20,154 bases of DNA from Gemmatimonadota bacterium (GCA_039588295.1 JBDHAB010000048.1:1-20154); one strand, 5' to 3'. Shown: positions 1 through 9,552, counted from the first letter of the stretch. A program made the numbers and translations. Notes: generated by a model from the letters alone, not told the origin.

Positions 1-578
1 ATCCTCGAGAATACCGGCCTCGTGCGAGAGGTGCAGCAGATTGTCGTCCTCGCTGAAGGGTTTTTCCTTCGTCGCCGTGACGTCGATGCCGTGCCGCTCC
101 GCGAACTCGAGCAGTTGGGTGCGGCCCTCAAACTCCTGGAGAAACTCTGGCATCTTCCATGGGGCCAGCACTCGGATCTCGGGGTTCAAGGCGTAGTAGG
201 ACAGCTCGAACCGGACCTGGTCGTTGCCCTTTCCCGTTGCGCCGTGCGCGACAAACGGCGCGTGTTCGCGGGCGGCAATCTGAATCTGCCGCTTGGCGAT
301 GAGCGGCCGAGCCAACCCCGTTCCGAGGAGATACCTGCCTTCGTAGAGCGCGTTGGCCTTGAACGCCTGAAAAATGAAGTCCGTCACGAACTCCTCCCGG
401 AGATCCTCCACGCAGACCTTGGACGCGCCGGTCCGTAACGCTTTCTGCCTCGCGGCCTCCAGGTCGTCCCGTTGACCCACGTCCGCGACGTACGCGATCA
501 CGTCGTACCCTCGCAGGGACAGCCATTTGAGGATCACGGAAGTGTCCAGCCCGCCGCTGTACTGCCCTTGCCAGGCAT
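1..578 (-). CDS. argG: Argininosuccinate synthase, 5' part only (runs off the window edge); start region appears disrupted, possible pseudogene or sequence error
   Basis: Manual translation of the minus frame from 561 down: [14 protein letters not shown]...[13 protein letters not shown]...[14 protein letters not shown]...APWK...[19 protein letters not shown], all ArgG signature motifs. The ATG at 578 is out of frame with this body; an in-frame TTG exists at 585. Absent from the ORF track, presumably because there is no stop inside the window. Confidence 0.95.
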
Positions 579-765
579 TGGACAAGATTACATCCTAAAC
601 CGTCGACCGCACGTTACCCACTAGAGGTCGTTGGCATGTCGGCGACTTTCGTGGCCCCGCCACTGGACTGACGCCGCTGAATGACGTCCCGCTTCGGCGA
701 GACCGGCTGGAACCGTTGCCGGGCACGCACCGACTCGACCGCTGGCAGGAAGTAGGAGATTCATC

Positions 766-1566
766 ATGGCAATCATTACCATCACCAGGGGAGCCTACAG
801 CGGCGTTGAGGCGCTGGCAAAGCTGATCAGCGAGGAGCTTGGCTATCGCCGGTTCACCCGAGAGGAGCTGTTGCGGGTCGCTGCCGAGACGTTCGGGACG
901 TCCGAGAGCGAGCTGGAATCCGCCCTCGCGAACACGCCGGGGTTCCTCGAGGGCCGCGGCCTCAAGAAGCGGCACTTTATCTACTGCGCGCAGGCCACCA
1001 TCGCCAAAGCCGTCCAAAGCGACAACGTCGTGTATCATGGCCAGGCTGGCCACGTGCTGCTCAAAGGGATTCCGCACCATCTGAGGGTCGGGGTCTTGGC
1101 GAACAGGGAGTACCGTATCGGGGCGACGATGAAGCGATGCGACCTCACCCGGGGAAAGGCGATACAGTACCTCAAGGAGCTGGATCAGAAGCAAAGCAAT
1201 TGGATGAAATGGCTCCACGGCGTCGATATGAACGATCCTGCTTCCCAGGACCTCATGCTCAATCTGGAGAACTTGCCGGTCTCGAGCGCCGCGGCAACCA
1301 TCGTGCAAATGGCCAAGCGGGATTTCGCCACGACTCCGGAGTCGCAGAAGATCGTGGACGATCTGGTTGTGGCAAGTGAGGTTCGGGCCAAGCTCGGGAT
1401 GGATCCGGACATCTCGGACGATAGGATCCAGGTGGATGCCGACGATGGCGTTGTCACCATCACCGCCACCGTCCGCTACCTCGCGAATGCGGCCAAGGTG
1501 CGGGAGTTGGTGCAGGCGGTGCCGGGCGTGAAAGACATTCGGGGCAGGGGGGGAGCGCAGTTGTAG
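766..1566 (+). CDS. Cytidylate kinase-like family protein with C-terminal BON domain
   Basis: N-terminus IITITRGAYSG...LGY, VVYHGQAG, HLRV, and DLMLN resemble the cytidylate_kin2 family. C-terminus IQVDADDGVVTITATV...VQAVPGVKDI is BON-like. AGGAG SD at 754-758. Confidence 0.8.
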   Translation: MAIITITRGAYSGVEALAKLISEELGYRRFTREELLRVAAETFGTSESELESALANTPGFLEGRGLKKRHFIYCAQATIAKAVQSDNVVYHGQAGHVLLKGIPHHLRVGVLANREYRIGATMKRCDLTRGKAIQYLKELDQKQSNWMKWLHGVDMNDPASQDLMLNLENLPVSSAAATIVQMAKRDFATTPESQKIVDDLVVASEVRAKLGMDPDISDDRIQVDADDGVVTITATVRYLANAAKVRELVQAVPGVKDIRGRGGAQL

Positions 1567-1592
1567 CGCCGCGCATACTCGCGGTCGCGTGA

Positions 1593-1623
1593 GATCGGGC
1601 GGCCGAGGCTCAGCCGCCCGATC
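1593..1623. terminator. 11-bp GC-rich hairpin between convergent genes, possible bidirectional terminator
   Basis: GATCGGGCGGC (1593-1603) and GCCGCCCGATC (1613-1623) are perfect reverse complements with a 9-nt loop; no U tract on either side. Confidence 0.45.
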
Positions 1624-1684
1624 CACATCGATTCAGGCCGCGCGCTGGACTAGTCCGAGCCCACCGGGGTCCGCTGCGCTTTGG

Positions 1685-2176
1685 CTAGCGCTCCCGATGC
1701 TGCATGCCTCCCCCATGCTCCTGGACCGCCTTCTTGATCGTCGCGAGCTGCTCTGGTGTGAGCAGAGCCATGGCCTCCAGCACGCTCTCCAGTTGGATCC
1801 ACTGCATGTTCCCCATGGCGGTATGGTGTGCGGTGAAGAACGTGCGAACGGACTCGGGGTTGGGGTTCTCCGACATCAGCTCGTTGTGCAGGTTCTGCAT
1901 CGCCGCTTGTGCGGGCTGATGCGCTTCGTCCACCGCCTGCTTCGTCGCCTCTTCGAGCGCGGTGAGCTGTGCAACCTGATCGTCTGTGAGCTCGAGCTCG
2001 TCGTGGTGCTCCAACAGCATACTCAGCTGGAAGGAGTGCATCCCCCCCATCCTGACACCCTGATCTTGGTGCTCCATCTGCCGAGCATGTTCCTGTTCCT
2101 GATGCTGGTGCGCCTGCGCTGCGAGCGAGCCGACGCTCGCTAGAGCTACAATGACGAAACAAGCGAGAATCTTCAT
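1685..2176 (-). CDS. Secreted Spy/CpxP (LTXXQ) family chaperone or periplasmic metal-binding protein, His/Met-rich
   Basis: Sec signal peptide MKILACFVIVALASVGSLAAQ; two LTxxQ motifs (LELTDDQ, LLTPEQ); helical composition; AAGGA SD upstream. Confidence 0.8.
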   Translation of the reverse strand: MKILACFVIVALASVGSLAAQAHQHQEQEHARQMEHQDQGVRMGGMHSFQLSMLLEHHDELELTDDQVAQLTALEEATKQAVDEAHQPAQAAMQNLHNELMSENPNPESVRTFFTAHHTAMGNMQWIQLESVLEAMALLTPEQLATIKKAVQEHGGGMQHRER

Positions 2177-2221
2177 GACCCTGCGTCCTTTCGAATGTGA
2201 TGAGATCGAAGCGTCGCTCAG

Positions 2222-5200
2222 TTACCGCTGCTCGCTCACGAGCGATGCCAACCGTTCACGGATCTCCTGGACCTGCGGCTGGAGGTCCGCGTCCGCGTTC
2301 TGCCAGAGATTCACGAACCGGTTGTAGTACTCGATCGCCTGCTCGCGGTTCCCCGTCTCCTCGTACAGAGCTCCGAGACGCCGGAAGATCCACCACAACG
2401 TCAAGTTGTCCTGTCCGGAACGGAACAGGACCGGAGATGCGAGGTACCGTTCGTACACGGCGATCGCGGAATCGGCCATGCCTGCCGCGTCGTACGCGCG
2501 GCCGGTCTCGAACATCCCGCAGAGCACGCATTGTGGCACAAGCGCTGGGATGCTTCGATACTCCTCCACAGCGTCTGTGGGCCGCCCCTCGGCGAGCGCC
2601 AGCGAGCCCAGCGCATCGTGGACTCCAATCAGCTCTCCGGTACGTGCGCGGGTTTCTTGGCCGACCTCACTCTCGTACTGATCGAGCAACGCACGAGCCC
2701 GCTCCGGCCGTCCCGCCTCCGCGTAGAGGCTTGCCAGGCCGGGGTATTCGCGATCTGCCGGTTCGAGCCCGCGCCATGCGGCACTGCCGGTCAGCCGATC
2801 GAGCGCTCTCAGGGCTGAGTCGGCGTTCCCGTAGTACCTGAGGCTCAGCGCGGCACCGCCAATGGTCTCGAACACCGGCCGCGGCTGGTCGATGAACCGA
2901 AAGCCGTGCTGCTCCTGGAGGTCGTACAGCTCGAGAATGAGCTGCCATGCCTCGACGACCCGGCCTTGGACGGCGGCATAGGCGGCGAGCTCCGCGCCGG
3001 CCATCGCCTCGATGGCGGGGCTCCCACGCTGGGTGTCACGCAGCCCGCGCATGAGCGTTTCGGCCGCCTCGTAGTCGTACACCGCGCTCAGGAAGCCGGC
3101 GCGGTAGCGGGTCATTTGCGGCTGATCCGGATACTCGGACTGGAACCGCTCCAATACCGCTCGGGCGGAGTCCCTTTGGCCCAAGCCATACAGTGCCTCG
3201 ATGGCATTGCCGAACGTGACTGAGGGTGCGCCACCCAAGGCGATGGACCGAAGATAGAGCTCGGCAGCCTCCTCCTTCCTGCCAAGCGCGCCGTAATTCA
3301 CTGCCAAGTTGTTCAACGCAATCCGATCCGTCGGGTACTTCTCGAGCAGCGTCCGGTAGGCGTCGATCGACGCCTGGTTGTCGTCGGCCACGTACCGGTG
3401 GTAGGCCGCCTCGGCGAGGTACCGTTCGCGCTCCGTCAGGCGGTCGCGGAGCTCGAACGCCCGCGTGAACGCCTGCGAGGCGCGCTCCGGGTCGCGCTGC
3501 TGATTGGTGAGGATGATCCCGAGCTTGCGATACGCCATCGCAAATGCCGAGTCCGCGGCAATCGCTTCCTCCAGCAACGCGGTGGCGCGATCGAAGTCCG
3601 CCTGGTTGTTCGCCCGGTCGGCCTGCGCGTACTTCCGGAGCGCCTCCGTGGAGCTGGTCGTCACCTCCGCGAGCGGGGCGTCGGCGCGGATCGTGCGGAG
3701 CGACTCGCCGATCTTGGCCCGCAGGCTCGCCGACAGGTCATCGACTGCTTTGATGATGCCGCTCGGGTCGTTGGCCGACTCCCGACCGGCCCACAGTACC
3801 TCCCCGGTACCGGCCGCGGTGAGCCGGCTCGAAACCACGAACCCGTTTCCGACCGGCAGGATCTCGCCGGTCACGATGGCCTTGAGTCCCTCTCGCTCCG
3901 CCACCTCCGCCGCGAGGGTTGGCGTGAGGAGCTCGTCCGGGTCGCGTTCCATGCGAGCGAGCACCCGCCCGACCTGTGCGCGCTCGAGCACCGTGACTGA
4001 GCGGGACTGGGTGAGATCGATGCGGAACAGCTCGGTGACCGTCTCCCCGATCGTGGAATCGCCGGAGCGGTTCTCGAATTGTGCCAGCACGATTCGCTCG
4101 CGTTCCTCGAGCACGCCCGAGGCGACCAGCGTTCCGACGGGACCGATCCCCAAGGCACGCATGGCCATGTAGGCGGCCACCACCACGGTGAGGGCGCCCA
4201 ACGCGATGCCACCGGCGGTCATCGCCCGCTTCCAGGTGAGCCACCGATGAATGCGCCCCAAGCCATCCGAGAAGGTGTCCGTTCCTGCCCGCGCCACCGC
4301 ACGGCGCCGTTCCGCACGCCCGGTCAACAGTGCGAGCGGCAGCCCTGCCGCCAACGTGACGATGGTTGCGGGGACGACCCACTCGGGCAGTCCGAGCAGT
4401 ACCATCGCGCTGTAGGCGACGAGCACGACCAACGCCGTTCCGATCCCGTACAAGCCCATGACACGAGCCGGATGACTGCGTCGCAATTGTGCCTCGAGGG
4501 TTCCGCCTGACACCCACATGTCGGCGGGTGTGACCGGACCGGTGGGGGTCGTGAGCGCATCCAGCTGGGTACGCAGTTCGGCCGCGCTTTGCCACCGGTC
4601 GGCCGGCCGCTTCTCCAGGCACCGCATTACCACGGTGGCGAGCGGTGGAGGAACCGCTTCCCGCAGTTCGGTCACTGGTCTCGCCGGTTCGGTCACGTGC
4701 TTTGCCAGCACGGTTTGCGGGCTACCGTCTTGGAACGGCGGACGCCCCGTGAGCATCTCGTACGCCATCGCTCCAACGGCATAGATGTCGGCGCGGTGGT
4801 CGATGTTGGGATCGCCGGACGCCTGCTCCGGCGACATGTACGCGGGTGTCCCGACCGCCATGCCGAAGCTCGTGATGCCCTTTCCGGCCGTTGCCTCCGT
4901 GACCGCCTTGGCCACGCCGAAATCGGTGACCAGCCCGTGGTCCTCGGACAGGAGCACGTTGTCCGGCTTGATATCTCGGTGCACGATCCCTTGCTTGTGC
5001 GCGAGGGCTAGCGCGTCGACCACCTCCCGCAGGAACCGCACCGCTTCATGGATTGGAAGCTCCCCTTCGCGGGTGAGCTTGTCCCGCAGCGACTCGCCGT
5101 CGATGTACGGCATGACATAGTAGAGGAACCCGTCGGCCTCACCGGAATCGTGCAGCGGTAGTATGTGCGGATGGGTGAGTTTGGCCGCGATGCGGATCTC

Positions 5201-5386
5201 GCGCAGGAACCGCTCGCTGCCCAACGACGCAGCCAAGTCGGGGCGCAACACCTTGATCGCCACCTTCCGGTCGTGCCGGAGGTCCTGCGCCAGATACACA
5301 GTGGCCATGCCGCCGCTCCCGATTTCACGCTCGAGCGTGTAGCGGTCGGCGAGGGCGGCCTTCAGGCGGTCGAAGGTGTCGGTCAC
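2222..5386 (-). CDS. Hanks-type Ser/Thr protein kinase with about 3 TM helices, a TolB-N-like domain and TPR repeats
   Basis: GSGGMATVY, VAIK, HRDIKPDN, DFG, GTPAYMSPE, DIYAVG motifs; hydrophobic helices after the kinase domain; IVLAQFENRSGD domain; TPR-like repeats (DSAFAMAYRKLG, ALNNLAVNY) and C-terminal FVNLWQNADADLQP. Start taken at GTG 5386 (ORF track start 5419). Confidence 0.93.
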   Translation of the reverse strand: MTDTFDRLKAALADRYTLEREIGSGGMATVYLAQDLRHDRKVAIKVLRPDLAASLGSERFLREIRIAAKLTHPHILPLHDSGEADGFLYYVMPYIDGESLRDKLTREGELPIHEAVRFLREVVDALALAHKQGIVHRDIKPDNVLLSEDHGLVTDFGVAKAVTEATAGKGITSFGMAVGTPAYMSPEQASGDPNIDHRADIYAVGAMAYEMLTGRPPFQDGSPQTVLAKHVTEPARPVTELREAVPPPLATVVMRCLEKRPADRWQSAAELRTQLDALTTPTGPVTPADMWVSGGTLEAQLRRSHPARVMGLYGIGTALVVLVAYSAMVLLGLPEWVVPATIVTLAAGLPLALLTGRAERRRAVARAGTDTFSDGLGRIHRWLTWKRAMTAGGIALGALTVVVAAYMAMRALGIGPVGTLVASGVLEERERIVLAQFENRSGDSTIGETVTELFRIDLTQSRSVTVLERAQVGRVLARMERDPDELLTPTLAAEVAEREGLKAIVTGEILPVGNGFVVSSRLTAAGTGEVLWAGRESANDPSGIIKAVDDLSASLRAKIGESLRTIRADAPLAEVTTSSTEALRKYAQADRANNQADFDRATALLEEAIAADSAFAMAYRKLGIILTNQQRDPERASQAFTRAFELRDRLTERERYLAEAAYHRYVADDNQASIDAYRTLLEKYPTDRIALNNLAVNYGALGRKEEAAELYLRSIALGGAPSVTFGNAIEALYGLGQRDSARAVLERFQSEYPDQPQMTRYRAGFLSAVYDYEAAETLMRGLRDTQRGSPAIEAMAGAELAAYAAVQGRVVEAWQLILELYDLQEQHGFRFIDQPRPVFETIGGAALSLRYYGNADSALRALDRLTGSAAWRGLEPADREYPGLASLYAEAGRPERARALLDQYESEVGQETRARTGELIGVHDALGSLALAEGRPTDAVEEYRSIPALVPQCVLCGMFETGRAYDAAGMADSAIAVYERYLASPVLFRSGQDNLTLWWIFRRLGALYEETGNREQAIEYYNRFVNLWQNADADLQPQVQEIRERLASLVSEQR

Positions 5387-5626
5387 GTCAGTCCAAAGTC
5401 GCAGTTGGTCGTCGAACAATACACGGGGGTCGAGACCAAAGCCACGGCCCCCGGGCGCGAGCCGAGGACACTACGCGAGGTCGGTGACGGGAGATTCACC
5501 GCCGAGCGGGCGGGGCCGTGTACGCTGCGGTCGCTGAGTCGCGAGCCGCAACCGCCGTGTGCGGGTCTCGCCAGGTCGCGGACCGGTGCGCATCTTCTCA
5601 TCGGATCGAAGCCTCGAGGAACGCTC

Positions 5627-7711
5627 ATGCTCCGTATCGCCCGCATTTTTTGCCTGCTCGTCATTGTGCTCGCGCATCTGCCTCACCTGCTCGCAGCGCA
5701 GGACTTCACGCTCGAACAGATACTCTCGGCACCGTTTCCATCGGGGCTCGTCGCCGCACCCACCGAAGATGCCGTCGCGTGGGTGCAGAGCGCCAACGGG
5801 GTTCGCAACATCTGGGTGGCGCGGTCGCCCGAGTACCAGGGCGTCCAGGTCACCGCCTATGCCGAAGATGATGGGCAGCAACTTACGAACCTCGAGTGGA
5901 CGCACGGCGGTGATGCCCTCGTGTTCGTGCGCGGGGGCGCGCCAAACAGGCAGGGGGAGATTCCCAACCCTGCGACGGAGGCGCTTGGGGTGGAGCGGGC
6001 CATCTGGATCGTGCCGGTCGCTGGCGGCGACCCGCGACAGCTTGCAGAGGGAAGTGCACCGGCGGTCTCGCCCAGCGGACGGGTTGCCGCCTTCCTCAAA
6101 GGTGGGGCTATCTGGTCGGTCACCCTCGACGACTCGGCGACGGTCGAGGAGCTCGTCAGTCCGCGTGGCTCGCCCGGTTCGCTTCGGTGGTCACCCGACG
6201 GCTCGCGTCTGGCTTTCAGAAGTGCGCGAGGCGATCACGCGTTGATCGGGGTCTACGACCTCGGCGAGAGGACGCTGGAGTACCTCGACCCGTCAGTCGA
6301 TCTCGATGGCAATCCGGTGTGGTCGCAGGACGGGCGCCGGGTCGCCTTTATCAGGATTCCGAACGACCGGCATGCCCTGCCGTTCGCACCGCGACGTGAG
6401 ATGGAGCCGTGGTCGATTCGAGTTGTCGACGTGGCGACCGGCGCTGGCCGAGAGGTCTGGAGTGCAGCGCCCGGCCGCGGCAGCGCCTTCCGCGGCGTCG
6501 TCGCCGAAAACCAGCTTCTCTGGGCGGCGGGCGATCGGATCGTGCTCCCGTGGGAGCGCGACGGGTGGGTGCACCTCTACTCCCTGCCGATTGGCGGCGG
6601 TGAGCCAACGCTGCTGACCCCCGGGGCGTTTGAAGTGGAGTACGTTGCCCTCAGTGCCAGTGGGCGGGAGGTGATCTACTCGTCCAACCAGGGCGACATC
6701 GACCGCCGGCATCTGTGGCAGGTCCCCGTGGTTGGTGGGCGGCCGGTGGTGCTCACCCCCGGGGCGGGGATCGAGTGGGCGCCGACCGTCACCGAGAGCG
6801 GCACGGTGGCCTTTCTCGCCTCGGATGCGCGCACTCCTGCCCACGCGGAGATCTTGCTGCGGGACGGAAGGCGGCCGCTCGCTCCGGGGACGATGCCTCG
6901 CGATTTCCCCTCGCAGTACCTGGTCGAGCCCGAGCCCGTCGTATTCGCGGCGGCGGATGGCATGCCGATTCACGGGCAGCTCTTTCTCCCGCGAGACGCG
7001 ACTCCCGACGATCCACGGCCCGGGGTGCTGTTCTTCCACGGTGGCTCCCGTCGCCAGATGCTCCTTGGCTTTCACTACATGGGCTACTACCACAACACGT
7101 ATGCGCTCAACCAGTACTTGGCGAGCCTAGGCTACGTCGTGCTCTCGGTGAACTACCGCAGCGGGATCGGCTACGGACTCGACTTTCGGGAAGCGATCGA
7201 CTACGGAGCCCGTGGGGCGAGCGAATACCGAGACGTTGTGGGTGCGGGGCTCTACCTTCAGAGCCGCGTCGACGTCGATCCCGAGCGAATTGGACTGTGG
7301 GGCGGTTCGTACGGCGGGTATCTCACGGCGTTGGGGCTGGCTCGAGCTTCCGACCTGTTCAAGGCTGGGGTGGATTTTCACGGCGTGCATGACTGGAACG
7401 TGGTGATCCGCAACTTCGTCCCGAGCTACGATCCGGCGGCGCGCGCCGAGGTAGCCCGACTCGCGTACGAGTCATCGCCCATGGCGTCGGTCGACCGATG
7501 GCGGTCCCCCGTGCTCGTGATCCATGCGGACGACGATCGCAACGTGCCGTTCAGCGAGACCGTGGACTTAGTGGCGGCGCTCCGTGCGCGCGGGGTCGAG
7601 GTTGAGCAGCTCGTGTTCCCGGATGACGTGCATGGATTCCTGCTGCACGCGAACTGGCTCGCGGCATACCGCGCGACGGTGGACTTCTTCGAGCGCCGAC
7701 TCAAGGAGTGA
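5627..7711 (+). CDS. Secreted S9 family (prolyl oligopeptidase / dipeptidyl peptidase-like) peptidase with TolB/WD40-like propeller
   Basis: Signal peptide from ATG 5627 (GAGGA SD at 5616-5620); WSPDG and WSQDG propeller repeats; HGG, GGSYGG nucleophile, DDRNV (Asp) and DDVH (His) catalytic triad. Confidence 0.93.
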   Translation: MLRIARIFCLLVIVLAHLPHLLAAQDFTLEQILSAPFPSGLVAAPTEDAVAWVQSANGVRNIWVARSPEYQGVQVTAYAEDDGQQLTNLEWTHGGDALVFVRGGAPNRQGEIPNPATEALGVERAIWIVPVAGGDPRQLAEGSAPAVSPSGRVAAFLKGGAIWSVTLDDSATVEELVSPRGSPGSLRWSPDGSRLAFRSARGDHALIGVYDLGERTLEYLDPSVDLDGNPVWSQDGRRVAFIRIPNDRHALPFAPRREMEPWSIRVVDVATGAGREVWSAAPGRGSAFRGVVAENQLLWAAGDRIVLPWERDGWVHLYSLPIGGGEPTLLTPGAFEVEYVALSASGREVIYSSNQGDIDRRHLWQVPVVGGRPVVLTPGAGIEWAPTVTESGTVAFLASDARTPAHAEILLRDGRRPLAPGTMPRDFPSQYLVEPEPVVFAAADGMPIHGQLFLPRDATPDDPRPGVLFFHGGSRRQMLLGFHYMGYYHNTYALNQYLASLGYVVLSVNYRSGIGYGLDFREAIDYGARGASEYRDVVGAGLYLQSRVDVDPERIGLWGGSYGGYLTALGLARASDLFKAGVDFHGVHDWNVVIRNFVPSYDPAARAEVARLAYESSPMASVDRWRSPVLVIHADDDRNVPFSETVDLVAALRARGVEVEQLVFPDDVHGFLLHANWLAAYRATVDFFERRLKE

Positions 7712-7740
7712 ACTAGCGATCCGGTTCAGCTCCGTTCGCC

Positions 7741-9552
7741 TTACGGACTCACGGGCACCAGCTCGAATGTGAACCCTTGCTGGGTCAGGATGACTTTGGT
7801 GACCCGGTCGCCGTCCATAATGAACTCGACGCTCGCTTCGATCGGGATCCCCGTGACGCGGAACGTGGTCGGCGTAACGCTCGCCAGTGCATAGGCGGGT
7901 TGTCCCGGCAGGACGCCCTGGAGCTTGCCGTCGAGGAGCTCGATGCTCAGGTCGATTGGCGGAGCGTCGGCTGTGTAGCGTCCGACGAACCGGCTCAACT
8001 CCTCCTCGCTCAGCTCCACGGCGTCGGTGGAGTCGGCCGTCTCGGGCTTCCGCTCGAAGGTGGTGAGATTCTCCACTCGGACCTCGTCCACCTCCCCATC
8101 GTGATCCAAGGAGAACGTGACCAGCGACTTGCCGAGCATCCGGTCCCGCCACGTGACGCGGAACGTCTCATAGTGCCAGTGACCCATGTCGCCGACGAAC
8201 GCCGGCCCATAGTGCAGTGCCAGGGCTCCATCCTCGAGGACGACCTCGGCCTCACCGTAGAGGGAGTCGGGGTCGAGATACACGCCCGCGTAGTCCTCGA
8301 GCGGGTGCGAGGGGTTCGTTCCCATCACCCGCTTTTCCTCGGTCTTCTGTTCCTGCTCTTTCGCCTGATCGAGGAGCGGCTTCACCATCTCGTAGAGATC
8401 CGCACTCCAGTCCTTCTCGGGCGCCTCGAGATAGGCGTCGAAGATGCGGTACATGAGCGCGGTCGGCAGCATTGAACCGTTCATATTCGTGAGAATCACG
8501 AGTCCCAGCTTCTCGCTCGGCATCATGGCAACCAGTGCGCTCATCCCGTCGATGTTCCCTCCGTGCTGCACGACCTTCTCACCGCGGTGGTCCTGCATGA
8601 ACCACCCGAGACCGTACGTGGTGAAGTTGGCTTCGGGAAAGAGCCGCTTCCATACGCCGCTCTGCGGGACGAGTGCGTGTGGCTTCTGCATCTCCTGGAC
8701 GACCGCGGACGACAGGATGCGCTGCCCACCGTACTCGCCGTCGTTGAGATGGAGGCGCACCCATTGCGCCATGTCGACGACGTTGGAGTTGATGGAACCC
8801 GCGGGAGCGACGTTGTCGATATTGCGCCACGCCACGGTTCGGACGGTATCGTCGATCTCGGCATGCGGAGTCGCCACGTTCACCTGGTCGGCGAGCGCGC
8901 GCACCGTGGTGTTGCTCGCCACCATGCCCAACGGCTGAAAGATCCGTTTGGTGACGAAGTCGTCCCAGCTCTTGCCGGAGATGCGTGCCACGATTTCCCC
9001 GGCCGTCAGGAACATCAGATTCTGGTAGCCGAACTGCGACCGGAAACTCCAGCTGGGCTCCAGGAATCTGACTCGCCGGATGATCTCCTCTCGGGAGAGA
9101 TTGGAGCCGTACCACAGCAGGTCTCCGCGGGACAGGCCACTCCGGTGGCTCAACAGGTCGCGGATGGTCATCTCCTTGGCTGCGTATGGGTCGTACATCT
9201 CAAACTCGGGAAGCCGGCTCACCACGGGGTCGTCCCAGGAGAGCTCCTTGCTGTCGACCAGAGCGCCGACCGCGGCCACCGTGAACGCCTTTGACGATGA
9301 CCCGATCGCGAACAAGGTCCGTTCGCTCACGGACTCATTGGTACCGATCGTCCGGACACCGTAGCCCTTGGCGTACACAAGGGTGTCATTCCTCACGATG
9401 GAGACGGCAAGGCCTGGTACCTTCCAGGTCACCATCGCCTCGGTGACATACTGGTCAAAACCGCGGAACGGCGCCTGCGCGTCCACGGGGGACGCGAGGA
9501 GCGCGCTCGAGGTCACAAGTATCGAGAAGGCCGTGGTGACGTACCGCTGCAT
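7741..9552 (-). CDS. Secreted beta-lactamase-fold serine hydrolase (AmpC/S12-like) with two C-terminal DUF3471-like domains
   Basis: IGSSSKAF (SxxK), LLSHRSGL, YQN (YxN), HGGNIDG motifs; signal peptide from ATG 9552 with GGAG SD; YAGVY and FVGRY repeats in the C-terminal region. Confidence 0.92.
   Translation of the reverse strand: MQRYVTTAFSILVTSSALLASPVDAQAPFRGFDQYVTEAMVTWKVPGLAVSIVRNDTLVYAKGYGVRTIGTNESVSERTLFAIGSSSKAFTVAAVGALVDSKELSWDDPVVSRLPEFEMYDPYAAKEMTIRDLLSHRSGLSRGDLLWYGSNLSREEIIRRVRFLEPSWSFRSQFGYQNLMFLTAGEIVARISGKSWDDFVTKRIFQPLGMVASNTTVRALADQVNVATPHAEIDDTVRTVAWRNIDNVAPAGSINSNVVDMAQWVRLHLNDGEYGGQRILSSAVVQEMQKPHALVPQSGVWKRLFPEANFTTYGLGWFMQDHRGEKVVQHGGNIDGMSALVAMMPSEKLGLVILTNMNGSMLPTALMYRIFDAYLEAPEKDWSADLYEMVKPLLDQAKEQEQKTEEKRVMGTNPSHPLEDYAGVYLDPDSLYGEAEVVLEDGALALHYGPAFVGDMGHWHYETFRVTWRDRMLGKSLVTFSLDHDGEVDEVRVENLTTFERKPETADSTDAVELSEEELSRFVGRYTADAPPIDLSIELLDGKLQGVLPGQPAYALASVTPTTFRVTGIPIEASVEFIMDGDRVTKVILTQQGFTFELVPVSP

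Noticed and set aside
595..1626. 343-aa antisense ORF and similar long shadow ORFs (13621-14667, 14294-15364, 18766-19707, 3738-4622)
   Set aside because: They overlap well-supported genes, carry no motifs and have the R/S/P-rich composition typical of GC-rich off-frames.
5165..5626. N-terminal extensions of ORF-track calls (5165, 9368, 9624, 15936, 11710)
   Set aside because: They overlap neighbouring genes or lie ahead of clear SD, signal-peptide or family-typical starts; downstream starts were chosen.
7741..9552. Antibiotic-resistance beta-lactamase
   Set aside because: HGG in place of KTG and DUF3471-like tails point to the broad peptidase/esterase group; resistance is not supported.
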